Below, piece after piece: positions 33,045 to 43,699 of a stretch of 64,000 nucleotides of DNA (position 1 is its first letter; every line of letters begins with the position of its first letter). This DNA comes from a virus. Location of the stretch: IMG/VR virus record IMGVR_UViG_3300027754_000047, positions 32,001 through 96,000 of that record. One strand, written 5' to 3'. Below the pieces are notes generated by a model. That model was not told where the DNA came from, did no database searches, and saw nothing but the letters and a program-made list of their open reading frames with translations. A program made the position numbers and the translations under genes.

Positions 33045-35591
33045 TTAACCGCATTTACTATTGCCGCACGACTTACATGTCATGCAGCCTTCTTGTCTTA
33101 CTAAATTTTCCGAGCTACAGTTTGGACACCTTTCGCCTTTAATCTCAGTACCGTCAGGAATGTACTTCTTTAAGGCTCTGGATATCGTCTTTGAAAAGGA
33201 GAACATATCTCCTTTTACTTTCTCTAACTGGTGTAACAAGTAGTGGACTTCCACTCCGTGTCTTAGTGCAGTAGAAAGCAGTCGGGTGATTGCTCCTTCC
33301 TCACTAGATACTAGATTACCTAATTTATTAATGGTGAGCAATTCTCCTTCATTTTTTTCGTCAATGAATTGCCCTTTATAGTGCCCTCGGTCCATTTTGG
33401 TTAAGGTGCCGCTCTTAAACCGCTTAGGAATAATGGTGTCTCCCTCTTCATTCTGGTTTACAGCAGCAAAAACCTCGTAAGGCTTACCTTCCTTAAGGCT
33501 GATTAATACGAAATAAGGAGCCTTACCAATTGTAGAGTGATGCATATCGCAAGGCAGTACAGCTGGCCGCTTATACGTACCAGCCTTAGGTTTAGTTTCT
33601 GCCGCTACCAAGACTCCAGTACGGCAACCGTCTCGATAGATGGTTACTCCCTTGCAGCCTGCTTTCCAAGCCTTAAGGTAAATCTGCTCTACCGTTGCGA
33701 TAGTAGCATCTGCAGGCAGATTAATGGTACTGCTAATAGCGTGATCTACGTGGCGTTGCGCTGCTGCTTGCAAATCAACCCTACTGGCCCAATCTAATTC
33801 TTGCGCTGTAGCTCCAGCCCAAGGACTCTTGCTTAGATCAGTTTCCCCTGTTACTTCCATCCATTGCTTTACCTTGGCGGGATATACGGTGAACTCCATC
33901 CAATGATCTCCGCTTTGATCTACAAAGTCAGAACGAAAATTAGTATCCCCTGGATTACCCTTCTTGCGCCGAACGTAGGGGGTTACCATAAACTGAGGCT
34001 CAATACCAGAACTAGTCTGAGTTAGAATTGATACCGACCCACAAGGGGCTGTAGTAAGCAAGGCAATATTACGGCGCCCATGCTTCTGCATAGCTTGAAG
34101 AATAAGGGGTGAATCTTCAGCAAACCTGTTTATGAATGGATTATTAGCTTCAGCGGCTTTGGAGTAAATAGGGAAAGGTCCTAGAATTTCCGCCATATCT
34201 ACAGAAGCTTTATAGCAAGCTAACTTGAACTCTCGGTATACAGCCTCTACCTTAGTAATGCTCTCCTTAGAGCCGTACTTAATGCCTAAAGCTGCCAAGG
34301 TATCTCCAATGGCCGTCATACCTGAGCCTGTGCGCCGCCCTGCTGTAGCTGCTGCTTGCACTTTAAGCCAAAGATTTAATTCTCGGGCCTTGAGCTCATC
34401 TGATTCTGGATCTGCTTTGATCTTAGTAATGATCTTACCGATGCATTCTAATTCTAGATCAACCATGTCGTCCATTAGCCGCTGACACATGTATGCGTCG
34501 TTGTAAAAGGCCACCCAGTCAAACTTGGCAGTAGGTAAAAAAGGATCCTGCACGTAGCTAAACGTATTGACTAGCATGAGTCTGCAAGAGTCATACGCAG
34601 ATAAAGGAATCTCTGAGCAAGGATTAGTGCATATAGTTTTAAAGCCTTTATCTGCGTAACAGTCAGGAATGCTTTCCTTAATGATATTGTCCCACATTAG
34701 CATTCCAGGCTCTCCGGATGCGTGAGCGCTATTAACCAACATATCCCAGATTTCCTTAGCGGGTACTTCCTTGTACGGGCTCGCAGGGGTAGGCCAATAT
34801 AGCTGATAGTTACCTCCCCGCACAACCGCATACATAAACTCATCTGTGAGCTTAATTGAAATGTTAGCTCCAGTGACTTTAGTAAGATCTCGCTTGCAGT
34901 TAATGAACTGCTTGATGTCAGGGTGGTGGATGGATTGAGTAAGCATTAATGCTCCTCGTCTGCCGTTTTGCCCAACTTCTCTAATAGAGTTACTAAAGCG
35001 TTCTGCAAACGGAATAGTACCAGTACTAGTACGGGCCGCATTGCTAGTAGGCATTCCTTCTGGGCGCAAAGTCTCCAGATCTATACCACAACCTCCCCTG
35101 CGCTTGCTGATTTGCACTAACTCTTCATCTGCCCGGCAAATACCTGCATAAGAGTCTTGTGGGCTTTCAATCACGTAACAATTTGAAAGGCTTATAGTTT
35201 GATAAGGGTTACCTATGCCGTACATAGGGCTACCTTGAGGCACAATGCGCTTAAACTTATCTAACGCATTAAATATAGTTTCCTCGGTGTATGCTACGCC
35301 TTCGCAGTACTTAGCGGCTTCTATTCGAGCAAACTCCTTAGCAATACGCCGATGCATATCCGTGGGGGTTAGTTCTAATATATTTTGCCGAGTATCTCTA
35401 AGTGCGTATTTGTCTACAAACACTCTGGCTGCAAGATCGTCTCCCTCGAAGTACTCAGTACTTGCAGTTAATGCTGCTTCGTAGGTGTGATAGGTGGGCA
35501 AGTTTTTAACCTTTAAATTACTCGGGGTTGGACTCAAAACTGAACTACTTATGTTCCGAAGAATAGACACTGTTTCTTTCCATGAGCCCAT
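33045..35591 (-). CDS. nrdJ: Class II (adenosylcobalamin-dependent) ribonucleotide reductase; true start may be ~30 codons downstream
   Basis: PQGSPMYGIGN, LSNCYV, RRGALM, TNPCSEIPL, TAPCGSVS..SSGIEP, AISSTINL, KGVTIYRDG, C-terminal CPNC..CKSCGNSKC ribbon; no beta subunit nearby. Confidence 0.92.
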   Translation of the reverse strand: MGSWKETVSILRNISSSVLSPTPSNLKVKNLPTYHTYEAALTASTEYFEGDDLAARVFVDKYALRDTRQNILELTPTDMHRRIAKEFARIEAAKYCEGVAYTEETIFNALDKFKRIVPQGSPMYGIGNPYQTISLSNCYVIESPQDSYAGICRADEELVQISKRRGGCGIDLETLRPEGMPTSNAARTSTGTIPFAERFSNSIREVGQNGRRGALMLTQSIHHPDIKQFINCKRDLTKVTGANISIKLTDEFMYAVVRGGNYQLYWPTPASPYKEVPAKEIWDMLVNSAHASGEPGMLMWDNIIKESIPDCYADKGFKTICTNPCSEIPLSAYDSCRLMLVNTFSYVQDPFLPTAKFDWVAFYNDAYMCQRLMDDMVDLELECIGKIITKIKADPESDELKARELNLWLKVQAAATAGRRTGSGMTAIGDTLAALGIKYGSKESITKVEAVYREFKLACYKASVDMAEILGPFPIYSKAAEANNPFINRFAEDSPLILQAMQKHGRRNIALLTTAPCGSVSILTQTSSGIEPQFMVTPYVRRKKGNPGDTNFRSDFVDQSGDHWMEFTVYPAKVKQWMEVTGETDLSKSPWAGATAQELDWASRVDLQAAAQRHVDHAISSTINLPADATIATVEQIYLKAWKAGCKGVTIYRDGCRTGVLVAAETKPKAGTYKRPAVLPCDMHHSTIGKAPYFVLISLKEGKPYEVFAAVNQNEEGDTIIPKRFKSGTLTKMDRGHYKGQFIDEKNEGELLTINKLGNLVSSEEGAITRLLSTALRHGVEVHYLLHQLEKVKGDMFSFSKTISRALKKYIPDGTEIKGERCPNCSSENLVRQEGCMTCKSCGNSKCG

Positions 35592-36472
35592 TCCAGGTAC
35601 TCATTCACTGTATACTGTAATCGTAAATCTGTAAAGTCTGTTTTAATGCTATTGAGCAATAGAGTGGGACAAGCAGAGTACAACGCCAATACTACTTCGT
35701 CAAGTGTTTCTGCACTGTACACGGTTATTTTTGTGGCGTAGGTTTGTTCTGTTTTTATCAATTTTAATTTATACGCTTCTGCCTGAATTAGTTTAGAGGC
35801 TAATGCATCGGCAGGAACTATTGAGCACAATGTGGTGGTTAAGTGCGGGATATCGTTTTGTACGGTTACCCCTAAGGTTCTGCAATTACCGCCAATATAC
35901 GCATGCCCTAATTCAGCTGTAAATGCTCGCACTCTTTCAGTACGAGGATCTACTGGTTTGAAGCCTTGCATAGTGTCCATAAAGGGAGTGTGGCAAACTA
36001 CTATTACTGCTTTTGAGTCTGCAGGAAATCCTTCAATGCGCTTAATAAGTTTTAAGGCTTGCCGTAAATAACAATTAGGGCAAAGCCCTTGTTTGCAAAT
36101 GTACTTTCCAGCAAAGCCTATAGGAGGACAATATTTCGCCCGCATAATTTGCTTAGGGGCGCAGCTGCTCAGCATAGGCATACAGCTACCAGAAAAACAC
36201 CGCCACAGTTTAGTTAAGGCTAGCCGCAAGATTGTTGTGCGAGCGGTAACCTGCTTTTTTAGTTCTACATCTGCATCAGCAAAGTTAGCTAATTCAATTA
36301 GGTTTTTAGTTATGTAATAGTTTTTTATTGGCCGTAGAAAGTGCTTTACTACTTCGTGGTTCGGCTTAGTAATGAGTTGCTGAGTCAGCTGATTAACAAC
36401 CCCTTTTAAAGGGGGGCTTAAATGATAAGGGGCAGCGGTAACTAATACCCGCCCATAAATGTTTGGGGTCAT
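35549..36472 (-). CDS. Hypothetical protein with Cys cluster
   Basis: 307 aa; CKQGLCPNC. Confidence 0.65.
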   Translation of the reverse strand: MTPNIYGRVLVTAAPYHLSPPLKGVVNQLTQQLITKPNHEVVKHFLRPIKNYYITKNLIELANFADADVELKKQVTARTTILRLALTKLWRCFSGSCMPMLSSCAPKQIMRAKYCPPIGFAGKYICKQGLCPNCYLRQALKLIKRIEGFPADSKAVIVVCHTPFMDTMQGFKPVDPRTERVRAFTAELGHAYIGGNCRTLGVTVQNDIPHLTTTLCSIVPADALASKLIQAEAYKLKLIKTEQTYATKITVYSAETLDEVVLALYSACPTLLLNSIKTDFTDLRLQYTVNEYLEWAHGKKQCLFFGT

Positions 36473-36509
36473 AGCGTTAGCTTAGAGTAAGAGTGTTCGT
36501 TTGTCTATT

Positions 36510-39113
36510 TTACTGCGCTAGTTGCACAGTTATTACGTCGCCTACTGCAACATTGTAGTTGAGGAGCAAAGATCTATCGCTCAAGTAAGCTATTTGACGT
36601 ACACCTGAAACTTTGGCCTTTTTAACAAGTCTATTATTTTCTATAAAGACTTGACACTTTGGATTTGTATTAAAGTTACTAGCGACTAGTACCTTTGCTG
36701 GGTCTGCTTCAGATTCGTAAGTAAGTGTTGCCGATGCACTTTGGTATATCAGGGCTTTATCAAACAGAGATAAAATTAAAGCTGAGCCTGAGCTCCAACC
36801 CACAGGCAAAACACTTATTAAAAAAGCTATTTCTACTGGAGCTTTAACTACGGAATCTACGTACTGCTTTGAAGCAGCATCGGTGGCCTTAACAGGTAAC
36901 GCCAAATTCTGCAGTCGGTTGTTGTGTGCTTGCAAGCCTGATTCGTTAGCTGTTAACTTAGCCGAACCGCCTACAAACAAACTAACTCCTTGAATCTGAG
37001 TTTGCCCTACTCCGGTGCCGGGTTCTCCTGCAAATGCGTAGGTGGGCAATCCGGTACCTGCAAGTTCAGTAGTTCCAATATAGCTGGCTAGCGAAGTGTT
37101 GAGGCGAATAAGCGGAGCATTAAAAGTAGCATCCACTCCAGTTAAAGTCTTGGTTGCGGCATTTAGTTCTACTAGCTTTAATCCATTAGCTGCAAAGCCT
37201 ACCTTAGCATTAGTACCAGCAGCAGCATACATACCCACTGTGCCAATGCCCACTAAAGGCTTAACGTAAGAGGTGTCAATTGCTGACAGTAAGCTACCTG
37301 TTAAGGTCACTGACCCGTCAGGTCTAAGTACATTACTCGTTAAGGTTGCTGTATCTACCCAAGTAGTACGGCCAGTGTAATCTACTTGCAGCACTCCGTT
37401 TGCCAGGGTATTTGTTGGTAGGGTAAACGTAATGTGCTGATTACCTACTCCGGCTTTAATAGTAGCTGACCCGCCACCAGCTGTTTTTAATTTAACAGCT
37501 GCATTATTTTGAGTGCCGCCTAATTCTAAAGTACCGTTATTGTATTTAGCGTCGCTTTGAACATATTTGGCTGTTTGGCCACTAGACACCATAGCTAGTG
37601 CACCAGGAGTAGCGCCTACAGGCATCATACTGTCTACATATTCTTTTGTAGCAGCGTCTTTAGCCTGGGTAGGAGTAGCCAAATTAGCTACTCGATTACC
37701 CTTAACGTCTACTTCTGCTTCCTTCAACTCTAATACCGCTACACCCTTAACGGCAAGAGCAACAGCATTAGTGTTAGACCTGTATATACCTAGTCCGTCT
37801 GCGTCTGAAAAGGTATAAGCAGGCTTAGCTGGGTTATTAAGTCCAACTGTTCCGTCCAACATTAATTTTGCTGTAGCTGCTGACCCAGCCGGAGATTCTA
37901 AGGCGTTATTGGTAACGCTTACCACTGAAGTTCCACCTACAACGATACGCATATCGCCTGCGGCGCTGGCAAGGCCTGCCGAACCTACGGTAATAGCCGG
38001 TAAGGCAGTTGTACCTCCACCTAGGTTTAAGGTAGAGTTAGTTTGTAAAGTAAAGGCTTTAGTTTCTTGAGTATTAACTGCACTCGCAACAGCTTGCCCC
38101 TTAATAGTGGACTGCCCCGTTGCACCTACTAATACCAAAGAATCATCGGTAGCGTTGTACCACAATGAACCTGCGTAGTTATTTACTCCCGTGGTCAAGG
38201 TGGTAGCAGCAGGCAGCACAAACGCAAGCTTAGGCCTGATTGCCGGAGCGTAAGGTATTCCGTTAACTGAGGTGGTAGGCCAGTTAATTTCAAGGAATTT
38301 GCCTGCAAAGCCTCCGCCTCCTAAATAAAAGCTGCTTAAGCCGCTAGCAGCCAGCCCCCCTAATACCCCATCATCTCCTGCTTCAAAGCCAAAGCCAACA
38401 CTAGAACCTATAGTTAGCTGTAACGGAATTCCTGTACTGTTGTATGAAGCCAAAGCTAACGGCTTAGCAGTAGCCAAGGTATAAACACCATTAGTGACAA
38501 CAACAGGCTCCGGTAGTGTTGTGAACTCTAACGTATTACTTGCGCCTAGTTTTAAGCCTTGGCCTACGCTGCCAGCAGTCGTTGGTAAGCTATAGTTACC
38601 TACTTGTAAGGCGTTTACAATTACGGCCCCGGTGTTAGAGGTAAGGCTGACGCTGTTTCCTGTTAGGCTAAATAAGCCTACCTGGTGTTGTTCGTTTAGT
38701 TCGCCGCTACCAGATACTTGGGTGTACTTAACGTAGCTATTTATAGCTCCGCCGCCTGTAGTAGCTCGACCTACTATTGATAAAGAGGAGTAAGCACTAG
38801 TTAACGAGGTTATGTTTATTTCTAACGGATTACGGGCGGTTAAAGACTCAGCAACATTATTGTAAGCCGTCAATAGCGACTGTAAGTTGATTAAAGTGTG
38901 CGGATTTCGGTAGGCTAAGCTGTAGACGCCTAAGGTATTTATAATACAAAGGGTATCTCCCGCAGCCCCTAAGTTTAACGCTGGAATCGGATTAGCTACT
39001 TGGCCTAAGGTGTAGGTAAAATTAGCATCCAACGCATCCAACATAGAGTTGTAGGCGGTTAATTGTTCTTTAGGGGAGATTGTTTGGTAGGTAGTTAGCT
39101 GAACAAGGCTCAT
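36510..39113 (-). CDS. Tail fibre / structural protein with internal repeats
   Basis: 867 aa, Gly/Thr/Ala-rich; two NLAxPxxAxDAAxKxYVD motifs; repeated PxYxF..GxG blocks typical of phage fibres. Confidence 0.7.
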   Translation of the reverse strand: MSLVQLTTYQTISPKEQLTAYNSMLDALDANFTYTLGQVANPIPALNLGAAGDTLCIINTLGVYSLAYRNPHTLINLQSLLTAYNNVAESLTARNPLEINITSLTSAYSSLSIVGRATTGGGAINSYVKYTQVSGSGELNEQHQVGLFSLTGNSVSLTSNTGAVIVNALQVGNYSLPTTAGSVGQGLKLGASNTLEFTTLPEPVVVTNGVYTLATAKPLALASYNSTGIPLQLTIGSSVGFGFEAGDDGVLGGLAASGLSSFYLGGGGFAGKFLEINWPTTSVNGIPYAPAIRPKLAFVLPAATTLTTGVNNYAGSLWYNATDDSLVLVGATGQSTIKGQAVASAVNTQETKAFTLQTNSTLNLGGGTTALPAITVGSAGLASAAGDMRIVVGGTSVVSVTNNALESPAGSAATAKLMLDGTVGLNNPAKPAYTFSDADGLGIYRSNTNAVALAVKGVAVLELKEAEVDVKGNRVANLATPTQAKDAATKEYVDSMMPVGATPGALAMVSSGQTAKYVQSDAKYNNGTLELGGTQNNAAVKLKTAGGGSATIKAGVGNQHITFTLPTNTLANGVLQVDYTGRTTWVDTATLTSNVLRPDGSVTLTGSLLSAIDTSYVKPLVGIGTVGMYAAAGTNAKVGFAANGLKLVELNAATKTLTGVDATFNAPLIRLNTSLASYIGTTELAGTGLPTYAFAGEPGTGVGQTQIQGVSLFVGGSAKLTANESGLQAHNNRLQNLALPVKATDAASKQYVDSVVKAPVEIAFLISVLPVGWSSGSALILSLFDKALIYQSASATLTYESEADPAKVLVASNFNTNPKCQVFIENNRLVKKAKVSGVRQIAYLSDRSLLLNYNVAVGDVITVQLAQ

Positions 39114-39173
39114 AGTTGTATTTTACCGTATTTCCGTAAAAGTGGGTGGTTGGCCTATTTTACTTTGAAATCG

Positions 39174-39713
39174 TTATTTACCTGTAAATTCGCTAGTCTT
39201 ATTTGCATGGCGTACAAACATCTCTACTGCCGCTAGGCCGCATTTTGCAACATTCTCTTTACAACTCTGCAGGTCTAATAATTGAGTGGAGTATTTAGGA
39301 TCTTGGCTATCCTGGATAGAGTAAGCCCCTGTATCGTCATATCCGCAAAAGTACAAATAAGGGCAACTAAGTGCTAAAGTTTTTGAGACATAAGCTCGAG
39401 TCTTTGCAGTCATAGGTTTACAGCAGAACACCACGGTATTACCTAGTTGAGTGGTTAGATCTTCTATTAACGAATCTAAGTCTGTAAATTGTCTAAACGT
39501 ACTAGACTTGCTTAGCTCTGCTACTGCTTCTTGTACGGCTTGAACCTTTGGTAGCCCTAAATCTACATCGGAGTAGCCTTGAGTAAAGGACTCCTTAGTG
39601 ACTAAGTCTTCATCCATTAAAGTGACGGTACCCTTATGGTACGCACCTAAAAGAGAAGCTAAGGTTCTGCCTGTGCCGTTTAAACCTACTACTACAAACT
39701 CCTGCTTAACCAT
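39174..39713 (-). CDS. ThiF/E1-family-like protein (divergent)
   Basis: VVVGLNGTG Rossmann loop, TLMDEDLV, DLGLPKVQA. Confidence 0.65.
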   Translation of the reverse strand: MVKQEFVVVGLNGTGRTLASLLGAYHKGTVTLMDEDLVTKESFTQGYSDVDLGLPKVQAVQEAVAELSKSSTFRQFTDLDSLIEDLTTQLGNTVVFCCKPMTAKTRAYVSKTLALSCPYLYFCGYDDTGAYSIQDSQDPKYSTQLLDLQSCKENVAKCGLAAVEMFVRHANKTSEFTGK

Positions 39714-40593
39714 TACCGTGTTTCCTGGGATGAGGGGTGATATCTAATTGTTCTAACTTGTTTAAAAGTTCCGCTTGTTCTGATTTACCAAAGCCTGCCA
39801 AGTCTGCCGTCAAACTACCTATTGCCTGATTTAATCCTAGTTCAAGTATAGCTCCTTTTAAGGCTGCTATTTCTTGTTTGGAGAAAGTAACTGCTTCCAT
39901 TACGTAGTCTTCAAATGCTTCGCAACTAACAGGCACTAAGGGTTTTACCAGATTGTACGCTGCTTTGGCAAATTCTTGTATTTCAAACTGAGCATGCTTG
40001 CTTGCTCGTAGTCTAACGAAATTAAGGAAATTATGCAGGTCTATCTTCCAATAAAACTCCGTATACATACTTTGAGGCAATAACATTCGGGCTTGTTCTC
40101 TCGCTATGCCTGCTTCTACAGCTGTCATGTAGGTGTCGTAGGCCTTATCGCAGAACTGCTCGGCTTCTGTTACAAACCAATGAGCCTGGGGGTGCGGGTC
40201 AGCTAGGGAATCGGATGCCTGGAGGTTGATGGCTGACTGCACCCGGATGTTGTTAGCTTGAGGAGTATAGCACTGATCAGGTATAGTCGCATACCGCCCA
40301 GAATATTCGTTAATACTGGCCATGCGGTGGCGCATCCATTGCCTAGCTATAAATATAGGCATCTTTATGTGAAATTTTAATTCCACCATTTCAAAGGGTG
40401 AAGTGTGTTTATTTCGCATTAAATATCTAATAAGAGCGCGGTCCTTAACGGGGTCTTTGACCCCCTGCCCAGTGGAGATCCTAGCCGCCTGGACAACCGC
40501 CGAGTCTAAATTAATAGACTCGGCGGTTGCGGCCGGCATGGTTTCCACTAAACGGACGAACCCGTAAGGGCCTACGTTTAAAGTGTTATACAT
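39706..40593 (-). CDS. thyX: FAD-dependent thymidylate synthase
   Basis: HTSPFE, RQWMRHRMASINEYSGRY, AREQARMLLP, HAQFEI. Confidence 0.96.
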   Translation of the reverse strand: MYNTLNVGPYGFVRLVETMPAATAESINLDSAVVQAARISTGQGVKDPVKDRALIRYLMRNKHTSPFEMVELKFHIKMPIFIARQWMRHRMASINEYSGRYATIPDQCYTPQANNIRVQSAINLQASDSLADPHPQAHWFVTEAEQFCDKAYDTYMTAVEAGIAREQARMLLPQSMYTEFYWKIDLHNFLNFVRLRASKHAQFEIQEFAKAAYNLVKPLVPVSCEAFEDYVMEAVTFSKQEIAALKGAILELGLNQAIGSLTADLAGFGKSEQAELLNKLEQLDITPHPRKHGNG

Positions 40594-40625
40594 TAAGCAC
40601 TTAACCTTTATTTGTAAGCGGTGCC

Positions 40626-41114
40626 TTAGCGAACGTAGTGCGCAGGATTTAACTTAATACCGAAATACTTCTCAGCTTCCATCCGATTCAATTGCTCCTG
40701 CATTGCATTAACCGTTGTTTCCACATTGTCCAACTTGGTCCACAAGTTGTCCAAGATGTGGTCTAACGGGGCCTTCTCAAAGGTAGCAGTCTTATTCTTA
40801 GGGCTAACTGCCTTTGCGGTATTAGCTGCCTTGTTTGCGATTGCCCGGCGTTGGCGCACTGTAAGGTACGGCTTCTCTTTAGTTGCCAGCTTAGTACCGA
40901 CATCCTTCATCAAACCACTAGCGATGTTGTCGGTGATGCGAATGCCGGTGGCATTCGTCACCAGTCTTGCAATTTCGTTCATAGTCATGGGAGCAACTAC
41001 GCTATCGTAGATACTCCAATTATCCAGAACGTTGTTAATGCACTCCGTACGGAGGTTAAAGGTAAGGCGGACGGGGGATTTACGGTTAACGGTTTTTGCG
41101 GTAGTCGTAGTCAT
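40626..41114 (-). CDS. Hypothetical protein
   Basis: 162 aa ORF, GAGGA upstream. Confidence 0.65.
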   Translation of the reverse strand: MTTTTAKTVNRKSPVRLTFNLRTECINNVLDNWSIYDSVVAPMTMNEIARLVTNATGIRITDNIASGLMKDVGTKLATKEKPYLTVRQRRAIANKAANTAKAVSPKNKTATFEKAPLDHILDNLWTKLDNVETTVNAMQEQLNRMEAEKYFGIKLNPAHYVR

Positions 41115-41231
41115 AGTAATACTTCCTCTGGAATTTCTGCTAAAAATGAATCATCGTCAATATCCATATAAGCTGATTTGGTGCGGTCATGGGTCGACCA
41201 CAATTCAAAATCTATTGTATCGGCGTTATTT

Positions 41232-41723
41232 CTACAAGGAGCCGGGGCCGGATCCCCCGGAGGTAGTTGTACTGTATTGCGGCAAGTCGTTGTAGGTTTC
41301 GGGCCAAATTCCACGTCGAATCATCTCCTGGCCATGCATGATGGCCTCTAGGTTCCAAGTACATTGCGCAATATGGTCTTCACTAGTATCACCTTGCATG
41401 AATTTATTCATATGTCGGTTAGCTGAGGCTAAGAATACGCTTAAAGGCATACCCTTTTCCCAGTTTCTAATACCGTATTTATTGGCGCCTATATAGGCGA
41501 CTTGACCTGTACGAGCTCGGGCAAACGGGCTTAACAGGTCTATTCGAGGCTTATCTCTATCTGTATCTCGCTGAGCACCGGAGTCAAAAATTCTACTCTC
41601 TGTGGTTTTTGAGCCTAAGCCTAAGCCAAAAACTTTACCTTTGCCTGAGCCAAGATCTAAAACCTTAGTTGGCTCAGGTTCCAATGTAGCCGCCTTTTCC
41701 GGTGTCGTAAATGAAATAGCCAA
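41232..41723 (-). CDS. dATP/dGTP diphosphohydrolase-like protein (DUF5664 type)
   Basis: FDSGAQRD..KPRIDLL..GANKYGIRNWEKG..SANRH..EDHIAQCTWN. Confidence 0.8.
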   Translation of the reverse strand: MAISFTTPEKAATLEPEPTKVLDLGSGKGKVFGLGLGSKTTESRIFDSGAQRDTDRDKPRIDLLSPFARARTGQVAYIGANKYGIRNWEKGMPLSVFLASANRHMNKFMQGDTSEDHIAQCTWNLEAIMHGQEMIRRGIWPETYNDLPQYSTTTSGGSGPGSL

Positions 41724-42120
41724 GATTCGGAAACTCCTTTTGTAGTTTACTCATAGACGAGGCAGCAAACACGGCTGCTTCTTTAATGTTATTAAATGCT
41801 TTAACTAAATGTCCGCTTTTACGTTTGCCTTCTTCTCCTACTATGAGGAGGAATCGAGCTTGCGTTGCTGGCGGAGTATAGCCGTATTCCATCCCTAATG
41901 GGGAAAAGTTATAGGGAATTTTAGCTTTGGCTTCTTCTAACTTTTCTTGGCGTTTAGCCCACTGGGCTAGGAAGCTGCGAGGCTTAATCTCGTAATTCTT
42001 AGGGTTAACCACTTCATTACGTACTACGTATTCCACTTCCTGCTTCGTACCGACAAAGGGTTCCCCATTAGTGCCTAAAAACCCATCACTTACGGAAGTG
42101 TATATAACAAACTTACTCAT
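41674..42120 (-). CDS. Hypothetical protein
   Basis: 148 aa ORF. Confidence 0.65.
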   Translation of the reverse strand: MSKFVIYTSVSDGFLGTNGEPFVGTKQEVEYVVRNEVVNPKNYEIKPRSFLAQWAKRQEKLEEAKAKIPYNFSPLGMEYGYTPPATQARFLLIVGEEGKRKSGHLVKAFNNIKEAAVFAASSMSKLQKEFPNLGYFIYDTGKGGYIGT

Positions 42121-42335
42121 TTTAAAAACTCCCTTAACGGGACCACAAAGACTTGAGCTAAAGTCAAACCTGGAACCACGGTCTTTAGTAACAAAAATCC
42201 ATCAGATTTAGAGGCTATGGCTGTATTTATTTCGTTAAAAATAAAATCAGGGTGTTTTAAATAGTCCACTAGGTAGTCACCCTTAGCATAAGCTAGGACC
42301 CATTGCTGAGGTTTCTGTTTTATTGGGCGCATCAA
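42117..42335 (-). CDS. Hypothetical protein
   Basis: 72 aa ORF, ATGA coupling. Confidence 0.5.
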   Translation of the reverse strand: MMRPIKQKPQQWVLAYAKGDYLVDYLKHPDFIFNEINTAIASKSDGFLLLKTVVPGLTLAQVFVVPLREFLK

Positions 42336-42783
42336 ACGTAATCCCAGCTGTGTGTTGTAGCAGGTGCCTAAGCTTATCCTTTATCTCGGTTACTCGGGCT
42401 GTATCTAATACGCATCGGTTGCTTTTATTGTCTGCTGTATTGAGCAGCTTATATGTATTATACAATAAATCTAGGACTTCACTAAAAGTAACCTTAGGGT
42501 CTTGGTTGAGCGTAATATTTTTAAATGCAAGCCCGTCTACCTCTATATCAAGTATGCTTAGTCCGGTGATAGTAGGGGCGTCCAACCAACCGGCTATCTC
42601 ATCGTACAAGCAATTCTCTAGTGTATGCTTAGCAGGGTTCTTACTAGAAGCAAAGCTACTTTGTGCCGCTGGGGCGTACTCTTTTAGTATGTAGTGGTGA
42701 AATACTGAAGCATCAGTAATCGTTGCAGTTATATTAAACTTAATGCCGTTCTTAAGGCTGACTCTTATTGGTGTAGTTGCCAT
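42283..42783 (-). CDS. Hypothetical protein
   Basis: 166 aa ORF, TAATG coupling. Confidence 0.65.
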   Translation of the reverse strand: MATTPIRVSLKNGIKFNITATITDASVFHHYILKEYAPAAQSSFASSKNPAKHTLENCLYDEIAGWLDAPTITGLSILDIEVDGLAFKNITLNQDPKVTFSEVLDLLYNTYKLLNTADNKSNRCVLDTARVTEIKDKLRHLLQHTAGITFDAPNKTETSAMGPSLC

Positions 42784-43172
42784 TAGGGTTTTCTTCCTTT
42801 CTTTGAACTAAAGTAACGTTTCTTATCGTTTTTATCCCCTAGTAGCCGGAAGCCTACAACCTCTAATGGAATTGTATCTATTTCTAGTTCTACGATAGGG
42901 GGTGGATTAAAGTCTGGGTTAGCAAGGGTAGATAATAAAGCTTTAGCCCCCGTACTAGTTAAGACCCACAAATACCTACCGTACTGTTCGCCATAGTTCC
43001 ACAAGTAGTCCCTAGATTCGTGCGCTTTCGCTATGGTAGGGTAAGGCCCTAATAAAAGCTGTTCCGCTCTCGGATCCATATCTATAGCCCAAATGCCCTC
43101 ATCTAAATATTGCTTCATTTCTTCAAACAATTTATCTCGTTGCGCGTAGCTCAGTAGGGTTTTATACCTCAT
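42783..43172 (-). CDS. Hypothetical protein
   Basis: 129 aa ORF. Confidence 0.65.
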   Translation of the reverse strand: MRYKTLLSYAQRDKLFEEMKQYLDEGIWAIDMDPRAEQLLLGPYPTIAKAHESRDYLWNYGEQYGRYLWVLTSTGAKALLSTLANPDFNPPPIVELEIDTIPLEVVGFRLLGDKNDKKRYFSSKKGRKP

Positions 43173-43699
43173 GTTTGGCTCCCTATCATTTCTATAAATC
43201 CATCCAAGGTGTCTACTACTACAGTACCTTCCCCTGAACTAGAAGTTCGCATTAAACGCATATAGCCGTTGGGTGGGGTTAAATGCGACCCTACATGCAT
43301 AATCATATCTTCTGCTAGGACAGAGTTGTAGAAGAGCATGCCTGGAATGCTGCCTTTATGTTTATGGGCACAATCATCCACTACTTGCGCAAACTCTTGC
43401 CAAAGCGGAATCTGCATTAGCTTTCCCGCAGTTTTAAATAAGTCGTGGATATTCCAGGTTTGAGGTCTATGGCTGTATAGTTTGAACGGGTGTAAGGCCT
43501 CTTGGAGGTCAGCTAACGGCGTACTACTCGCCGTTAGCTTTTTCTTCCAATAGGTGTACTCATCTGAGCCCGACTCAAACAATCTGTTAATCAACTTGAG
43601 GCATACTTTGTTTTCGTAGGCCGCAAGTCTATTGTTTGCTTTGATCTCTTTAAACTGCTCAAAGTTATCAAAAGCGCTTGGCTCTTGCCGTTCTTTCAT
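43169..43699 (-). CDS. Hypothetical protein
   Basis: 176 aa ORF coupled to recA. Confidence 0.7.
   Translation of the reverse strand: MKERQEPSAFDNFEQFKEIKANNRLAAYENKVCLKLINRLFESGSDEYTYWKKKLTASSTPLADLQEALHPFKLYSHRPQTWNIHDLFKTAGKLMQIPLWQEFAQVVDDCAHKHKGSIPGMLFYNSVLAEDMIMHVGSHLTPPNGYMRLMRTSSSGEGTVVVDTLDGFIEMIGSQT

Noticed and set aside
41232-41723. 2-aminoadenine (Z-DNA) pathway
   Set aside because: No PurZ or DatZ-like gene in the window; the hydrolase alone is insufficient.
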